Positions 49,431 to 61,526 of a stretch of DNA of 64,000 nucleotides are shown here, one piece after another. The position numbers and the translations under genes were made by a program. Positions within the stretch are counted from its first letter, which is position 1. Every line of letters starts with the position of its first letter. The notes below the pieces were generated by a model, which was not told the origin of the DNA, ran no database searches, and worked only from the letters and a program-made list of their open reading frames with translations. This DNA comes from Anaeramoeba ignava BMAN (Eukaryota; Protista; Anaeramoebae): contig JAPDFW010000059.1 of assembly GCA_028826165.1 (NCBI GenBank), forward strand, positions 1,116,001 through 1,180,000, in the 5' to 3' direction.

Positions 49431-52400
49431 ATGTCAGATTCAAAAGAAAAAACTGGAAGAAGAAGTTTTCGTTTTTTTGGTAAAAAGAAAGGTAATTTAG
49501 AATTAAAATTCATTTATAAAATTAAAATTAAAATTAGAATTAAAATTAAAATTAAAATTAAAATTAAAATTAAAATTAAAATTAAAATTAAAATTAAAAT
49601 TAAAAATTAAAATTCATTTATAAATCAAAATTAAAATTAAAATTAAAAATTAAAATTAAAATTAAAATTAAAAAAAAGTAACTAAAAAAGAATCACCAAG
49701 TTTACAAACACAAATTTTGGGAGATAAAGCTCATTCAATGGTGAATTTATTTGGAGATTTGTCAATAAATGAATCCCAAAGTCCACAACCACTTACAAAA
49801 TATAGTTCAGAAACTCCAAATTCACGAGCTGTTCCTGAAAATTTATTAGCTTTAAAACTTAAAAATAATCAACAAACTAATTTTCTTGATGATTCTTTTG
49901 ATAAACAAATTGAAGTGATTGATGAAGATGATGATGATGATAATGATGATACTTTAACAAATTCTTTAGATTCTTCTGAAAATTTAACCAGTTTGCTTAT
50001 CATTCAATTATATTTAATTCCATTTACAAAATTTTAAATTAAAATTATAATTCATTTATAAATTAAAATTCCAAATTAATATTAAAATTAAAATTAATAT
50101 TATAATTAAAATTAAAATTAAAACTAAAATCAAAATTAAAATTAAAATTAAAATTAAAATTATAATTAAAATTATAATTAAAATTAAAATTAATATTAAA
50201 ATTAAAATTAAAATTAATATTAAAATTCATTTATAAAATTAAAATTAAAATTCATTTATAAATTAAAATTAAAATTAAAATTAAAATTAGAATTAAAATT
50301 AGAATTAAAATTAGAATTAAAATTAAAATTAAAATTAAAATTAAAATTAATTTATAAAATTAAAATTAAAATTAAAATTAAAATTAAAATTAAAATTAAA
50401 ATTAAAATTAACATTAATATTAAAATTAAAATTAATATTAAAATTAAAAATTAAAATTAAAATTAAAAATTAAAATTAATATTAAAATTAATATCAATTT
50501 TTATAGCTCCTAATTATTTATATGTCGAAAATAATATTTCTTCCAAATTAATCTGTCAAATCTGTTCTAAACCATTATTTCAACCACAAGATTTACCTTG
50601 TGGTCATACATTTTGTCGAATGTATTAATTTTCAAAAAGAAAACAGAAAAAATTAAAGAATTTCAAAATTTAAAAGGAAAAATAACAAAATAAAAAAAAA
50701 TCAAATACCAAAATAAAAAAAGATGTTTATTAAATCAACTGATGAACTCAGCCAAACATAAATGCAAAATTTGTGGGAAACCATTTCTAAAGAAGGATAT
50801 AATACCAACTCATGATTTAGTCACAAATATGCTTGATCAATTAGAAATTTATTGTCCAAATAAAGATCAAGGATGTAATTCAACTTTCCCAAGAAATGAA
50901 ATAGAAAAACATCTTGAAATTTGCAAACATAATTTAGGTATCTTATCAAAATTGCTGGTTATCATCAATTCCATCAGAAGATTTTTATTAAATCCTTTTA
51001 TGTTTTTCAAATTTCTTTTTTAGTTAAATGCCCAAATAACGGTTGTGAAGAAAGATTTATTTCAATTGAGCTTCAAAAACATATAGAAATTTGTCCATAT
51101 CGTCTTGTTGAATGCCCAAATAATGGATGCCCAGAAAAAATTGCTTTTATTAATATTGATGTACATATAATTGTTTCATTTATTTTCAAGTTTTTTAATT
51201 TAGAAATTGAATTTTTTATTTTTTAAATTTTTTTAAAAAAAATTTATTAGAAACATTTAAAAGAATGTGATTATAGGAAAGTTGTTTGTGAATATTGTTC
51301 AGAAGAAAGTAAATCAAAAAATTAGATTTAGAACAATTTATTTAGAACAATTTATTTAGAACAATTTATTTAGAACAATTTATTTCAATATTTATTTCAA
51401 AATTTATTTAGAACAATTTATTTCAAAATTTATTTAAAATTTTATTTCAAAATTTATTTCAAAATTTATTTCAAATTTTATTTCAAAAATTTCAAAATTT
51501 ATTTCAAATTTATTTCAAAATTTATTTCAAAATTTATTTCAAAATTTATTTCAAATTTTATTTCAAAATTTATTTCAATTCAAAATTTATTTCAAATTTT
51601 ATTTCAAAATTTATTTCAAATTTTATTTCAAAAATTTTATTTCAAAATTTATTTCAAAATTTATTTCAAAATTTATTTCAAAATTTATTTCAAAATTTCA
51701 AAATTTATTTCAAATTTTATTTCAAAATTTATTTCAAAATTTATTTCAAAATTTATTTCAAAAATTTATTTCAAATTTTATTTCAAATTTTATTTCAAAT
51801 TTTATTTCAAAATTTATTTCAAAATTTATTTCAAATTTTATTTCAAAATTTATTTCAAAATTTATTTCAAATTTTATTTCAAAATTTATTTCAAAATTTA
51901 TTTCAAAATTTATTTCAAAATTTATTTCAAAATTTATTTAAAATTTATTTTAATATTTATTTAAAATTTTATTTCAAATTTTATTTCAATATTTATTTCA
52001 AAATTTATTTCAAAATTTATTTCAAAATTTATTTCAAATTTTATTTCAAATTTATTTAGTTACAAATTGTAAAATGAAAGAACATCTTGAAAAATATTGC
52101 CCAGAAATTCATAGAAAATGTCCATATTTTCAATTTGGATGTCATTTTGAATCAAAAAAGAAAGAAATGGATGAACATCTTGAAACTTGTGAATATGAAA
52201 AAATAAAAGGACTTGTTGATCAAGAACTTGATTTGAAAAACACTTTGAAAAATCAAAACAAAATGATTTATGAATTACAAAGAGATTTTGATCAACTTAT
52301 TGCAAGTATTGATACTGAATTTCTTGTTAAACTTAAAAGAAAGAAAATTTTGGAAACTTCTCAATCACTTCCAGTAAATCAAAATTATAATTTGAATTTA

Positions 52401-53442
52401 ATTTCAAAATTTGGATCGAATTTTTTAATTTCAAAAAAACAATTTATTATTATTATTATTTTTATTATTATTGTTCTTATCTTTTTAAGGATTTGGTTTG
52501 TAAAAATTGCAATAAGAAATTTAATCCAAGAGCAAATCATAGTAGAGCTTGTAAATTTCATCCAGGAAAATATGTAAATAATTCAAAATAATTATTTAAT
52601 TCAAAATATTATTTAATTCAAAATTATTATTTAATTCAAAATTATTATTTAATTCAAAATTATTATTTAATTCAAAATTATTATTTAATCCAAAATTATT
52701 ATTTAATTCAAAATTATTATTTAATTCAAAATTATTATTTAATTCAAAATTATTATTTAATTCAAAATTATTATTTATTTCAAAATTATTATTTATTTCA
52801 AAATTATTATTTAATTCAAAATTATTATTTAATTCAAATTTATTATTTAATTCAAAATTATTATTTAAAATTATTATTTAATTCAAAATTATTATTTAAT
52901 TTAAAATTATTATTTAATCCAAAATTATTATTTAATTTTAAAATTTTATTTTATTTCAAAATTATTATTTAATTCAAAATTATTATTTAATTTAAATTTA
53001 ATTTATTTTTAATCCAAATTATTATTTAATTTAAATTCAAAAATTATTTAATTTTTCAAATTATTATTTAATCCAAAATTATTATTTAATCCAAAATTAT
53101 TATTTAATTCAAAAATTATTTATTATTTATTTTTAAATTATTATTTATTTAAAATTATTATTTAATTCAAAAAATTATTCAAAATTTTTATTTTCCAAAA
53201 AATTATTATTTAATTTCAAAATTATTATTTAATTTAAAATTATTATTTAATTTAAAATTATTATTTATTTTAAAATTATTATTTATTCCAAATTTATTAT
53301 TTAATTTAAATTTATTATTTAATTCAAAATTATTTTTTCTTTTTAGAATCTCCTTAATTCAGGAAAATGGTTTTGTTGTGGAAATACTAATGAAAAGGAA
53401 GATGGTTGTAAAACTGGATTATTTAATTTTCATATTATTTAA
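49431..53442 (+). CDS. RING finger + TRAF-type zinc fingers + coiled coil + C-terminal CHORD-like zinc module (putative E3 ligase), nine exons
   Basis: GT-AG introns at 49492-49678, 49991-50506, 50622-50722, 50938-51023, 51161-51250, 51309-52059, 52374-52489 and 52574-53346 are all phase-consistent. C3HC4 RING CQIC...PCGHTFCRIC...CKIC, repeated CPNxGC...HxxxC fingers, and C-terminal CKNC...CKFHPG...WFCCG...GCKTG...H. Confidence 0.85.
51309..52059 (+). repeat. Intronic 12-nt minisatellite (AAAATTTATTTC)n
   Basis: Tandem array filling a GT-AG intron. Confidence 0.85.
52574..53346 (+). repeat. Intronic 18-nt minisatellite (AATTCAAAATTATTATTT)n
   Basis: Tandem array filling a GT-AG intron. Confidence 0.85.
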
Positions 53443-53592
53443 TTTATTTAATCCTTTTTCTTTTCTCTGAATTTTTAATTTTTCAATTTTTACTTTCAAA
53501 AATATTGAAATGAAATCAAAAAAAAATGATTATTTATCTTTTTCTTTATTTTTTTTTGCTAGTTCAAATTTCTTGATTATTTTTTTTTTCTT

Positions 53593-56500
53593 TTAAAGTT
53601 CTTTTGGATTTGTTGTTTTTAGAGGAGGATTTAAAACGAAAAATTCTTGTAAAAATTTTATTGCTTTTTCTTGATCCCATTTTTCTTCAAATTTTTTATA
53701 AATTGTTTTATCTTCTTCATTAAATATTAAAATATTTGGATAATCTAAATTTTGATCTAAAATTCCTAATGTATTTGCAAATCCTTCAATTTTTGCAAAT
53801 TGAATATTTTGGAAATGTTTAAATTCTTCTGCAAAATTTTCAAATTTTGAAAGAAATTTTAAATCTTCTTTTGAAAATTGACTGTAAACGTAAAGAACTG
53901 TTATTTTTTCAGGATTTTCAATAATTTCTTTCCAATTTTTAAAAACAACAGTTAAAACAGTTCCTTGAGTTGAAGGAATTGGTTCACTTTTTTGAGCAAA
54001 AAGTAATTTGCCTCCCAAACAACTTAAATAAGAAAAAAACATAAAATAAATTTAATTAAATCAAAAATTATAAAATTATTATTATATATTTTTTTTACTC
54101 TGAAATGAATTCATTTAATTTAGTAACTGAAATTGGTTCATTTTCTAAATCTAAACGGAAGAATTTTTTGTGATTAAGTTCCTTTTTAAAAGAAGAAAAA
54201 AAATTTTTTTTTTGATGAGAATTTTTTTGATCAAAAAATAAAAAAATTTTTTTTTTCCAATTTACATTTTTACTTGAAATAAAAACTGCACAAGGAAAAG
54301 AATAAACACCGAAACGAATAGATTCAATAGGTAAAGTTTTATTATCAATCCAAAAAAAGCTTATATTTGGAGATGATTTGGAAAGTTCTTTTAAAATTGG
54401 TAAAGAATTTTTTTTTGTTTCTTCATTTAAGAAAAGAATGAAAAAAGATTTATCTTCTTGAAAATAAAAACCAAGACGTGTTTCGATTTGTTGGAATTGC
54501 AATTTTTGGTGATTTTCTAAAAATTCTAAAAATGCTTCAGTTTTTAAATCATGAAAATTAAATTGTTCCAAATCTTCATTTCTGAAAAAGATCATTGTTG
54601 GAAATTGAGAAACATTATATTTTTCTGCAATTTTTTCATTTTTAACTAAAGCAAATTGAATTTCGGGAAATTTTTCTGTAATTTTTTCGAAATCTAAATT
54701 GGGATCTTTTTTGTTTTTTTTTTAAATTTTGAATAAAAATTGGTTTAAAATGGGAAGTTTGTTTGTTTTTTTTATGAATAAAAGAAATTTACTGTTTTCT
54801 GTTTTTTCATTTAAAAAAAATATAACAACTTTATCAAAATCGTTAATGAAAGATTGTAATTTTTCTAGAGAGTTAATTTCGGGGAATTTTTGGATTAAAA
54901 GTCTAAATTTATTAAACATTTTTTAATATTTTAATTTAATATATTAATTTAATATTTTAATTTGATATTTTAATTTAATATTTTTGGATTTAATATTTTA
55001 ATTTAATGTTTTAATTTAATGTTTAATAATTTAATATTTTTTTTTAATTTAATATTTTTTAATATTTTAATTTATATTTTTTTAATATTTTAATTTAAAT
55101 ATTTATTTTAATTTAATTTTTAATTTTTATTTAATATTTTAATTTAATAATATTAATTTAATAATATTTAATTTAATGTTTTAATTTGATATTTTAATTT
55201 AATATTTTAATTTTTATTTTAATATATTTTAATTTTTAATAATATTATATTTTTATTTTAATATTTTAAATTTAATATATTTATTAATTTAATATTTTAA
55301 TTTAATTTTTTAATTTAATATTAATTTAATAATTTTTTTTTTAATTTAATATTTTTAATATATTAATTTAATATTTTTAATTTAATATTTTTAATTTAAT
55401 ATTTTTTTAATTTAATATTTTTGGATTTAATATTTTAATTTGATATTTTAATTTAATATTTTGGATTTAATATTTTAATTTAATATTTTGGATTTAATAT
55501 TTTTTAATATTAACCGTTTAGCATAAGCAGTAATTGATCTAACAGTTCTAGCACCATTATAATCTTCATAAAATTCTCCATTTTTAAATACTTTGATTTT
55601 TGGATATGAATTAATTTGATATTTTCTACTTAAAATAAATTCTCTTGTTGCATCAACTTCTACAAAAGAAATTTCTTCATCTTTTAATTGTTCAGCAGCT
55701 TCAGCAAAAATTGGATCAAGCTAAAAGGTATTTTGAAATTAAATTGAATTGAATTGATTTGAATTGAATTTGAATTGAATTAAATATTGAATTGAATTGA
55801 ATTGAATTGAATTGAATTGAATATTGAATTAAATTGAATTGAATTGAATTGAATTGAATTAAATATTGAATTGAATTGAATTGAATTGAATTGAATTGAA
55901 TTGAATTAAATTAAATTGAATTGAATTGAATTAAATTGAATTGAATTGAATATTGAATTGAATTGAATTAAATTAAAATTGAATTGAATTGAATTGAATT
56001 GAATTGAAATTGAATTAAATTAAAATTAAAAATTGGAATTAAATTGAAATTGAAATTGAATTGAATTGAATTGAAGGTAAATTGAAATTGGGAAATCGAA
56101 TTGGAATTGAATTGAATTAATTGAATTGAGTGGAATTGAATTGAATTGAATTGAATTGAATTGAATTGAAATTGAATTAAATGGAATTGAATTGAGCGAT
56201 TTGAATTTGAATTGAATTGAATTGAATAGAATTTAAATTAAATTGAATTGGAATTGAATTGAATTGAATTGAATTGGTGGAATTGAATAAAGAAAATTAA
56301 ATTGAATTGAATTGAATTGAATTGAATTGAATAATTGAATTGAAATTGAATTGAATTAAATTAAATTAAATTGAATTAAATTAAATTAAACTGAATTGAA
56401 TTGAATTGAATTGAATTGAATTGAATTAAATTGAATTAATATTAAATTGAATTTGAATTGAATTGAATTGAATTGAATTGAATTGAATTGAATTGAATTG

Positions 56501-56990
56501 AATTGAATTGAATTGAATTTGAATTGAATTGAATTGAATTGAATTGAATTGAATTGGAAATTGAATTAAATTGAAATTGAATTGAATTGAATTGAATTGA
56601 ATTGAATTGAATTAAATTTGAATTGAATTGAATTAAATATTGAATTGAATTGAATTGAATTGAATTGAATTGAATTAAATTGAATTGAATTGAATTGAAT
56701 TGAATTGAATTGAATTAATATTAAATTGGATTTGAATTGAATTGAATTGAATTGAAATTTATGGTTACTCTTTTGCAAAATCCACACCAAGGAGCATAAA
56801 ATTTTACGAGTGCAATTTTATCTTTTGAAATTGTCTCATAAAAAGAACCTCTATTAACTGCTTTTACAAAAGGTGAATTTTGTTTTGGAGTTCCACTTAA
56901 AATTGGGATATATTCTATTCTAGAAATTGAAAAAAGAATAATAAAAATTCCAATAAATGTTGTAACTGAAAAAAATATAATCAATTTCAT
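53593..56990 (-). CDS. Protein disulfide isomerase family protein (a-b-b'-a' type, one WCGFC active site), multi-exon
   Basis: Hydrophobic N-terminus and VKFYAPWCGFCKR|LDPIFAEAAEQLK...YPKIKVFKNG...YNGART. Introns include 55721-56768 and 54903-55514. The C-terminal thioredoxin fold lacks CxxC and the protein ends PKEL*. Confidence 0.85.
55721..56768 (-). repeat. Intronic (TTCAA)n pentanucleotide satellite
   Basis: Fills PDI intron 1. Confidence 0.88.
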
Positions 56991-57213
56991 TTTAAATGAA
57001 GAAAAAAAAAATGAATTTAAAAATTGAAAAAAAAATTTATTTTGTTGTTTTAATTTTTTTTTAATTAATAAAATTGGAAATTGAAATAAAATTGAAATAA
57101 AAATTCAAAAGGAAAATTGGAATAAAATTTGAAGAAAAAAAAAACGGAATTTTTGGATTTTTGGATTTTTTGGATTGTTTTGTTTTTTTTGGGATTTTTT
57201 TCAATAAAAAGTA

Positions 57214-58202
57214 TCACTTATCACAATCACAATTATCTAAACAATCCGAACAGTAATTACAGCATTTATGAGCATCATCAGTACTAACCTTAGAACATCC
57301 ATGAAAACAACTATGAAAGCAACCAGTCGATTGATCGCAACAGTTATCAAGACAATTACAACAATCTTCACAATTACAACCACAAGAACTAAAACAAGGG
57401 CAACAACCGCTATCTGGTGTATGACAGCAACACATAATGCATACAAATATTGATCTACCTGCTGCTTCATCTTCACTATCAAAATCATCTTTTCTTCCTT
57501 GATATTCTTGGTTTTTTTTGGCTTTTTTTCTTCTTTTTGTTTTTTTCGTTTTTTTTCTTGATCTTTTCGTTGTTGTTCCAAATCGTTTCCAAAATTCATT
57601 TGATTTTGATTCATTTGATTTGGATCGATTTGATTCATTTGATTCATTTGATTCATTTGATTCATTTGATTCATTTGATTCATTTGATTCATTTGATTCA
57701 TTTGATTTATTTGATTCATTTGATTCATTTGATTTGGATTCATTTGATTCATTTGATTTTGATTCATTTCATTTTGATTCATTTCATTTTGATTCATTTG
57801 ATTCATTTGATTTGGATCCATTTGATTCATTTGATTCATTTGATTCATTTGATTTGGATTCATTTGATTCATTTGATTCATTTGATTCATTTGATTTGGA
57901 TCCATTTGATTCATTTGATATTGATTTGGATTCATTTGATTCATTTGATTTTGATTCATTTCATTTTGATTCATTTCATTTTGATTCATTTCATTTTGAA
58001 AACTCATTTGTGTTTCTAATAAATTCATATGACTTAATGTTTTTTGTGCTTTTTCCTTTTGTTTTTTTTGTTTTTGTTTTTGTTTTTGATCCTTTTCATC
58101 TTCTGAATTTGATTTTGAATTTGAATTTGAATTTGAATTTGATATTGATTTTGATTTTGATTTTGATTCTGATTTTGATTTTGATTCATATGGTGATTCC
58201 AT
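57214..58202 (-). CDS. Q/N/M-rich protein with a long Cys-rich C-terminal tail (frameshift near 57510-57555)
   Basis: MESPYESK...(QMN)n, a charged helix, then in a shifted frame ...AAGRSIFVCIMCCCHTPDSGCCPC...CDCDK*. Confidence 0.7.
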
Positions 58203-58488
58203 TCCTAAATAAGAAAAAGAAAATTTTTAATAAAATAAAAAGAAAAATTTAAATAAAAGAAAAAGAAAAAAATGAAAAAAAAAAATTTAACTTTTTTTTC
58301 TTTTTTTTTAATTAAAAAAAATAAATAAACAAGTTTTTTTCTATTAAATTTTATAAGAATTTAAAATGAAAATTTTAAAAAAAAAAGTTTCTAAAAAGTT
58401 AAATTTAAAAAAGGAAATTTAAAAAAGAAAATTTTTTTGGATCAAAAAAAAAAAATTTTTTTTTGCTTTTTAAAAATTTTAAAAAATT

Positions 58489-59724
58489 TTAAAAAATTCT
58501 ACAAGTGCAATTACAACCATCACCACAACAATCATCACCGCGACAACCATCATAAGCATCTTTAGCAATATCGTCAAAAGGAATCGAATCCAAATTTAGA
58601 TCATCAGGAAGATGAGGAGATTTGTCATCGCAACTACAACCACTAAAATCACAACAATCACAGCAACAAAGTAAATAACATAAACATCCACATTCTTCTT
58701 CGTTTTTATTTCTTTCAATTTGACGTCTTCTTTGCTCTCTTCTTTTTCTTAATCTTTCAAGTGCTTTTTGTTCATCAAATTGTGATAATTCTTCTTGTTC
58801 TTCAATTTCCTTACGTCTTCTTTGTTGATTTAATTTGTTTTGTTCATCTAATTGTTGATTTGTTGTTGTGTTTGTTTGTGAAAGATTACTTTGTTGTGCA
58901 AGTTGTGATTGGAATAGAAAAGATTGAGGATTTTGGTTCATTTGATTTTGATTTGTATTCATTTGATTTGGATCAATTTGATTTTGATTAATTTGATTTG
59001 GATCAATTTGATATTGATTCATTTGATTCATTTGATATTGATTCATTTGATATTGATTCATTTGATATTGATTCACTTGATTTTGATTCACTTGATTTGG
59101 ATTCATTTGATTTGGATTCATTTGATTTTGATTTGGATTCATTTGATTTGTTTGATTCATTTGATTTTGATTCATTTGATATTGATTCATTTGATTCATT
59201 TGATTTTGATCCATTTGATTTTGATTCATTTGATTCATTTGATTTTGATTCATTTGATATTGATTCATTTGATTTTGATTCATTTGATTTTGATTTGTAT
59301 TCATTTGATTTTGATTCATTTGATTTTGATTCATTTGATTTTGATTTGTATTCATTTGATTTTGATTTGTATTCATTTGATTCACTTGATTTTGATTCAC
59401 TTGATTTGGATCCACTTGATTTTGATTCATTTGATTCATTTGATTTTGATTCATTTGATTTTGATTCATTTGATATTGATTCATTTGATTTTGATTCATT
59501 TGATTTGGATTCAGTTGGTTTTGATTTGGATCTTGATCCTTTTGTGGTTTTTGAATATTTTCTGAATTAAATAAATTCATTTGATTTTGATTTTGATTTG
59601 TATTCATTTGATTTTGATTTTGATCAATTTCATTTTCAAGTTGGTTTTGATTTTGATTTTGATTTATTAAACTGTTTTCATCTTTAATTTGTGATTCTAA
59701 TTCAATTCCTAAATTTGGTTCCAT
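58489..59724 (-). CDS. Q/N/M-rich protein with a Cys-rich tail ending in CaaX-like CRIF
   Basis: Intact ORF: (NQM)n, coiled coil, CGCLCYLLCCCDCC, ...CNCTCRIF*. Confidence 0.78.
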   Translation of the reverse strand: MEPNLGIELESQIKDENSLINQNQNQNQLENEIDQNQNQMNTNQNQNQMNLFNSENIQKPQKDQDPNQNQLNPNQMNQNQMNQYQMNQNQMNQNQMNQMNQNQVDPNQVNQNQVNQMNTNQNQMNTNQNQMNQNQMNQNQMNTNQNQMNQNQMNQYQMNQNQMNQMNQNQMDQNQMNQMNQYQMNQNQMNQTNQMNPNQNQMNPNQMNPNQVNQNQVNQYQMNQYQMNQYQMNQMNQYQIDPNQINQNQIDPNQMNTNQNQMNQNPQSFLFQSQLAQQSNLSQTNTTTNQQLDEQNKLNQQRRRKEIEEQEELSQFDEQKALERLRKRREQRRRQIERNKNEEECGCLCYLLCCCDCCDFSGCSCDDKSPHLPDDLNLDSIPFDDIAKDAYDGCRGDDCCGDGCNCTCRIF

Positions 59725-59888
59725 TTGAACAAAAATATAAAAGAATAAAATTGAAAAAATGAATTTGAAGATAGAATTTGAAAAGAAAAAAATGAATTTT
59801 GCTTTTTTCCTTTTTTTTAAATTTTTTTAATTTTTTAAAATAAAAAGAATAAAAGAAAGAAATTTTGATGAAATTTTTTTGGATCATT

Positions 59889-60776
59889 TTATAAAATAAT
59901 GCAATCACAATCACAACCATCTCCACTATTAGGAGCATTTGGAATTTGTCTTTCAGTTCTTTTATTTGTTCCTTTTCTTTGGTTTCTTCTCTCTCTTCTT
60001 TTTCTTAACCTTTCAAGTGTTTTTTGTTCATCAAATCGTGATAATTCTTCTTGTTCTTCAATTTCCTTACGTCTTCTTTGTTGATTTAATTTGTTTTGTT
60101 CATCTAATTGTTGATTTGTTGTTGTGTTTGTTTGTGAAAGATTACTTTGTTGTGCAAGTTGTTTTTGGAGAAGAAAAGACTGAGGATTTTGGTTCATTTG
60201 ATTTTGATTTTGATTCATTTGATTTGGATTCATTTGATATTGATATTGATTCATTTGATTCATTTGATTTTGATTCATTTGATATTGGTTTGGATTCATT
60301 TGATTTTGATTCATTTGATTTTGATTCATTTGATTTTGATTCATTTGATATTGGTTTTGATTCATTTGATATTGATTCATTTGATTTGGATTCATTTGAT
60401 ATTGATATTGATTCATTTGATATTGGTTTTGATTTTGATTCATTTGATTTTGATTCATTTGATTCATTTGATTTTGATTCATTTGATTCATTTGATATTG
60501 ATTCATTTGATATTGATTCATTTGATTTGGATCAATTTGATTTTGATTCATTTGATTTTGATTCATTTGATTCATTTGATTTTGATATTGATTTTGATTC
60601 ATTTGATTTTGATTCATTTGATTTTGATTTTGATTCATTTGATTTTGATTTGTATTCATTTGATTTGGATTTTGATCAATTTCATTTTCAAGTTGGTTTT
60701 GATTTTGATTTTGATTTATTAAACTGTTTTCATCTTTAATTTGTGATTCTAATTCAATTCCTAAATTTGGTTCCAT
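59889..60776 (-). CDS. Paralogous Q/N/M-rich protein ending in CaaX (CIIL)
   Basis: N-terminus MEPNLGIELESQ... and upstream region are nearly identical to the 58489-59724 gene. Ends GDGCDCDCIIL*. Confidence 0.78.
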   Translation of the reverse strand: MEPNLGIELESQIKDENSLINQNQNQNQLENEIDQNPNQMNTNQNQMNQNQNQMNQNQMNQNQYQNQMNQMNQNQMNQNQIDPNQMNQYQMNQYQMNQMNQNQMNQMNQNQMNQNQNQYQMNQYQYQMNPNQMNQYQMNQNQYQMNQNQMNQNQMNQNQMNPNQYQMNQNQMNQMNQYQYQMNPNQMNQNQNQMNQNPQSFLLQKQLAQQSNLSQTNTTTNQQLDEQNKLNQQRRRKEIEEQEELSRFDEQKTLERLRKRRERRNQRKGTNKRTERQIPNAPNSGDGCDCDCIIL

Positions 60777-60941
60777 TTGAACAAAAATATAAAAGAATAA
60801 AATTGAAAAAATGAATTTGAAGATAAATTTGAAAAGAAAAAAATGAATTTTGCTTTTTTCCTTTTTTTTAAATTTTTTTTAATTTTTTAAAATAAAAAAA
60901 GAATAAAAAAAGTAATTTTGATGAAATTTTTTTGGATCATT

Positions 60942-61010
60942 TTATAAAATAATGCATTCACAATCACAATCTTGACGATCATTACTTCTTTTCTGTGTTT
61001 TTCTTTGATT
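60942..61010 (-). pseudogene. Orphan CaaX-tail fragment NQRKTQKRSNDRQDCDCECIIL*
   Basis: Homologous to the 3' end and downstream flank of 59889-60776. No in-frame ATG is present before a stop in the upstream (AAAATC)n tract. Confidence 0.55.
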
Positions 61011-61526
61011 TTTAATTTTAATTTTTATTTTGATTTCATTTTGATTTTGATTTTGATTTTGATTTTAATTTTGATTTTGATTTTAATTTTAATTTTTATT
61101 TTGATTTCATTTTGATTTTGATTTTGATTTTAATTTTGATTTTGATTTTGAATTTGATTTTGATTTTGATTTTGAATTTAATTTTGATTTTGATTTTGAT
61201 TTTGATTTTGATTTTAATTTTGATTTTGATTTTAATTTTGATTTTGAATTTGATTTTGATTTTGATTTTGAATTTGATTTTGATTTTGATTTTGATTTTT
61301 AATTTTGATTTTTGATTTTGATTTTGATTTTGATTTTAAATTTTGATTTTGATTTTGATTTTGATTTTAATTTTGATTTTGATTTTGATTTTGATTTTGA
61401 TTTTGATTTTGATTTTGATTTTGAATTTGATTTTGATTTTGATTTTAATTTAATTTTGATTTTGAATTTGGGATTTTGATTTTGATTTTGATTTTGAATT
61501 TGATTTTGATATTGAATTTGGGATTT

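Noticed and set aside
50938-51023. Possible second U12-type intron (GTATCTTA...TCCTTTTAT...TAG)
   Set aside because: The 5' site mismatches GTATCCTT and the branch site is imperfect. It is adequately explained as a major GT-AG intron.
2654-61315. Many poly-IL, poly-FD and poly-KI ORFs, and antisense ORFs over the RhoGEF, FG-GAP, LRR and QMN genes
   Set aside because: Alternative frames or strands of hexamer repeats or of real genes, with no independent coding signal.
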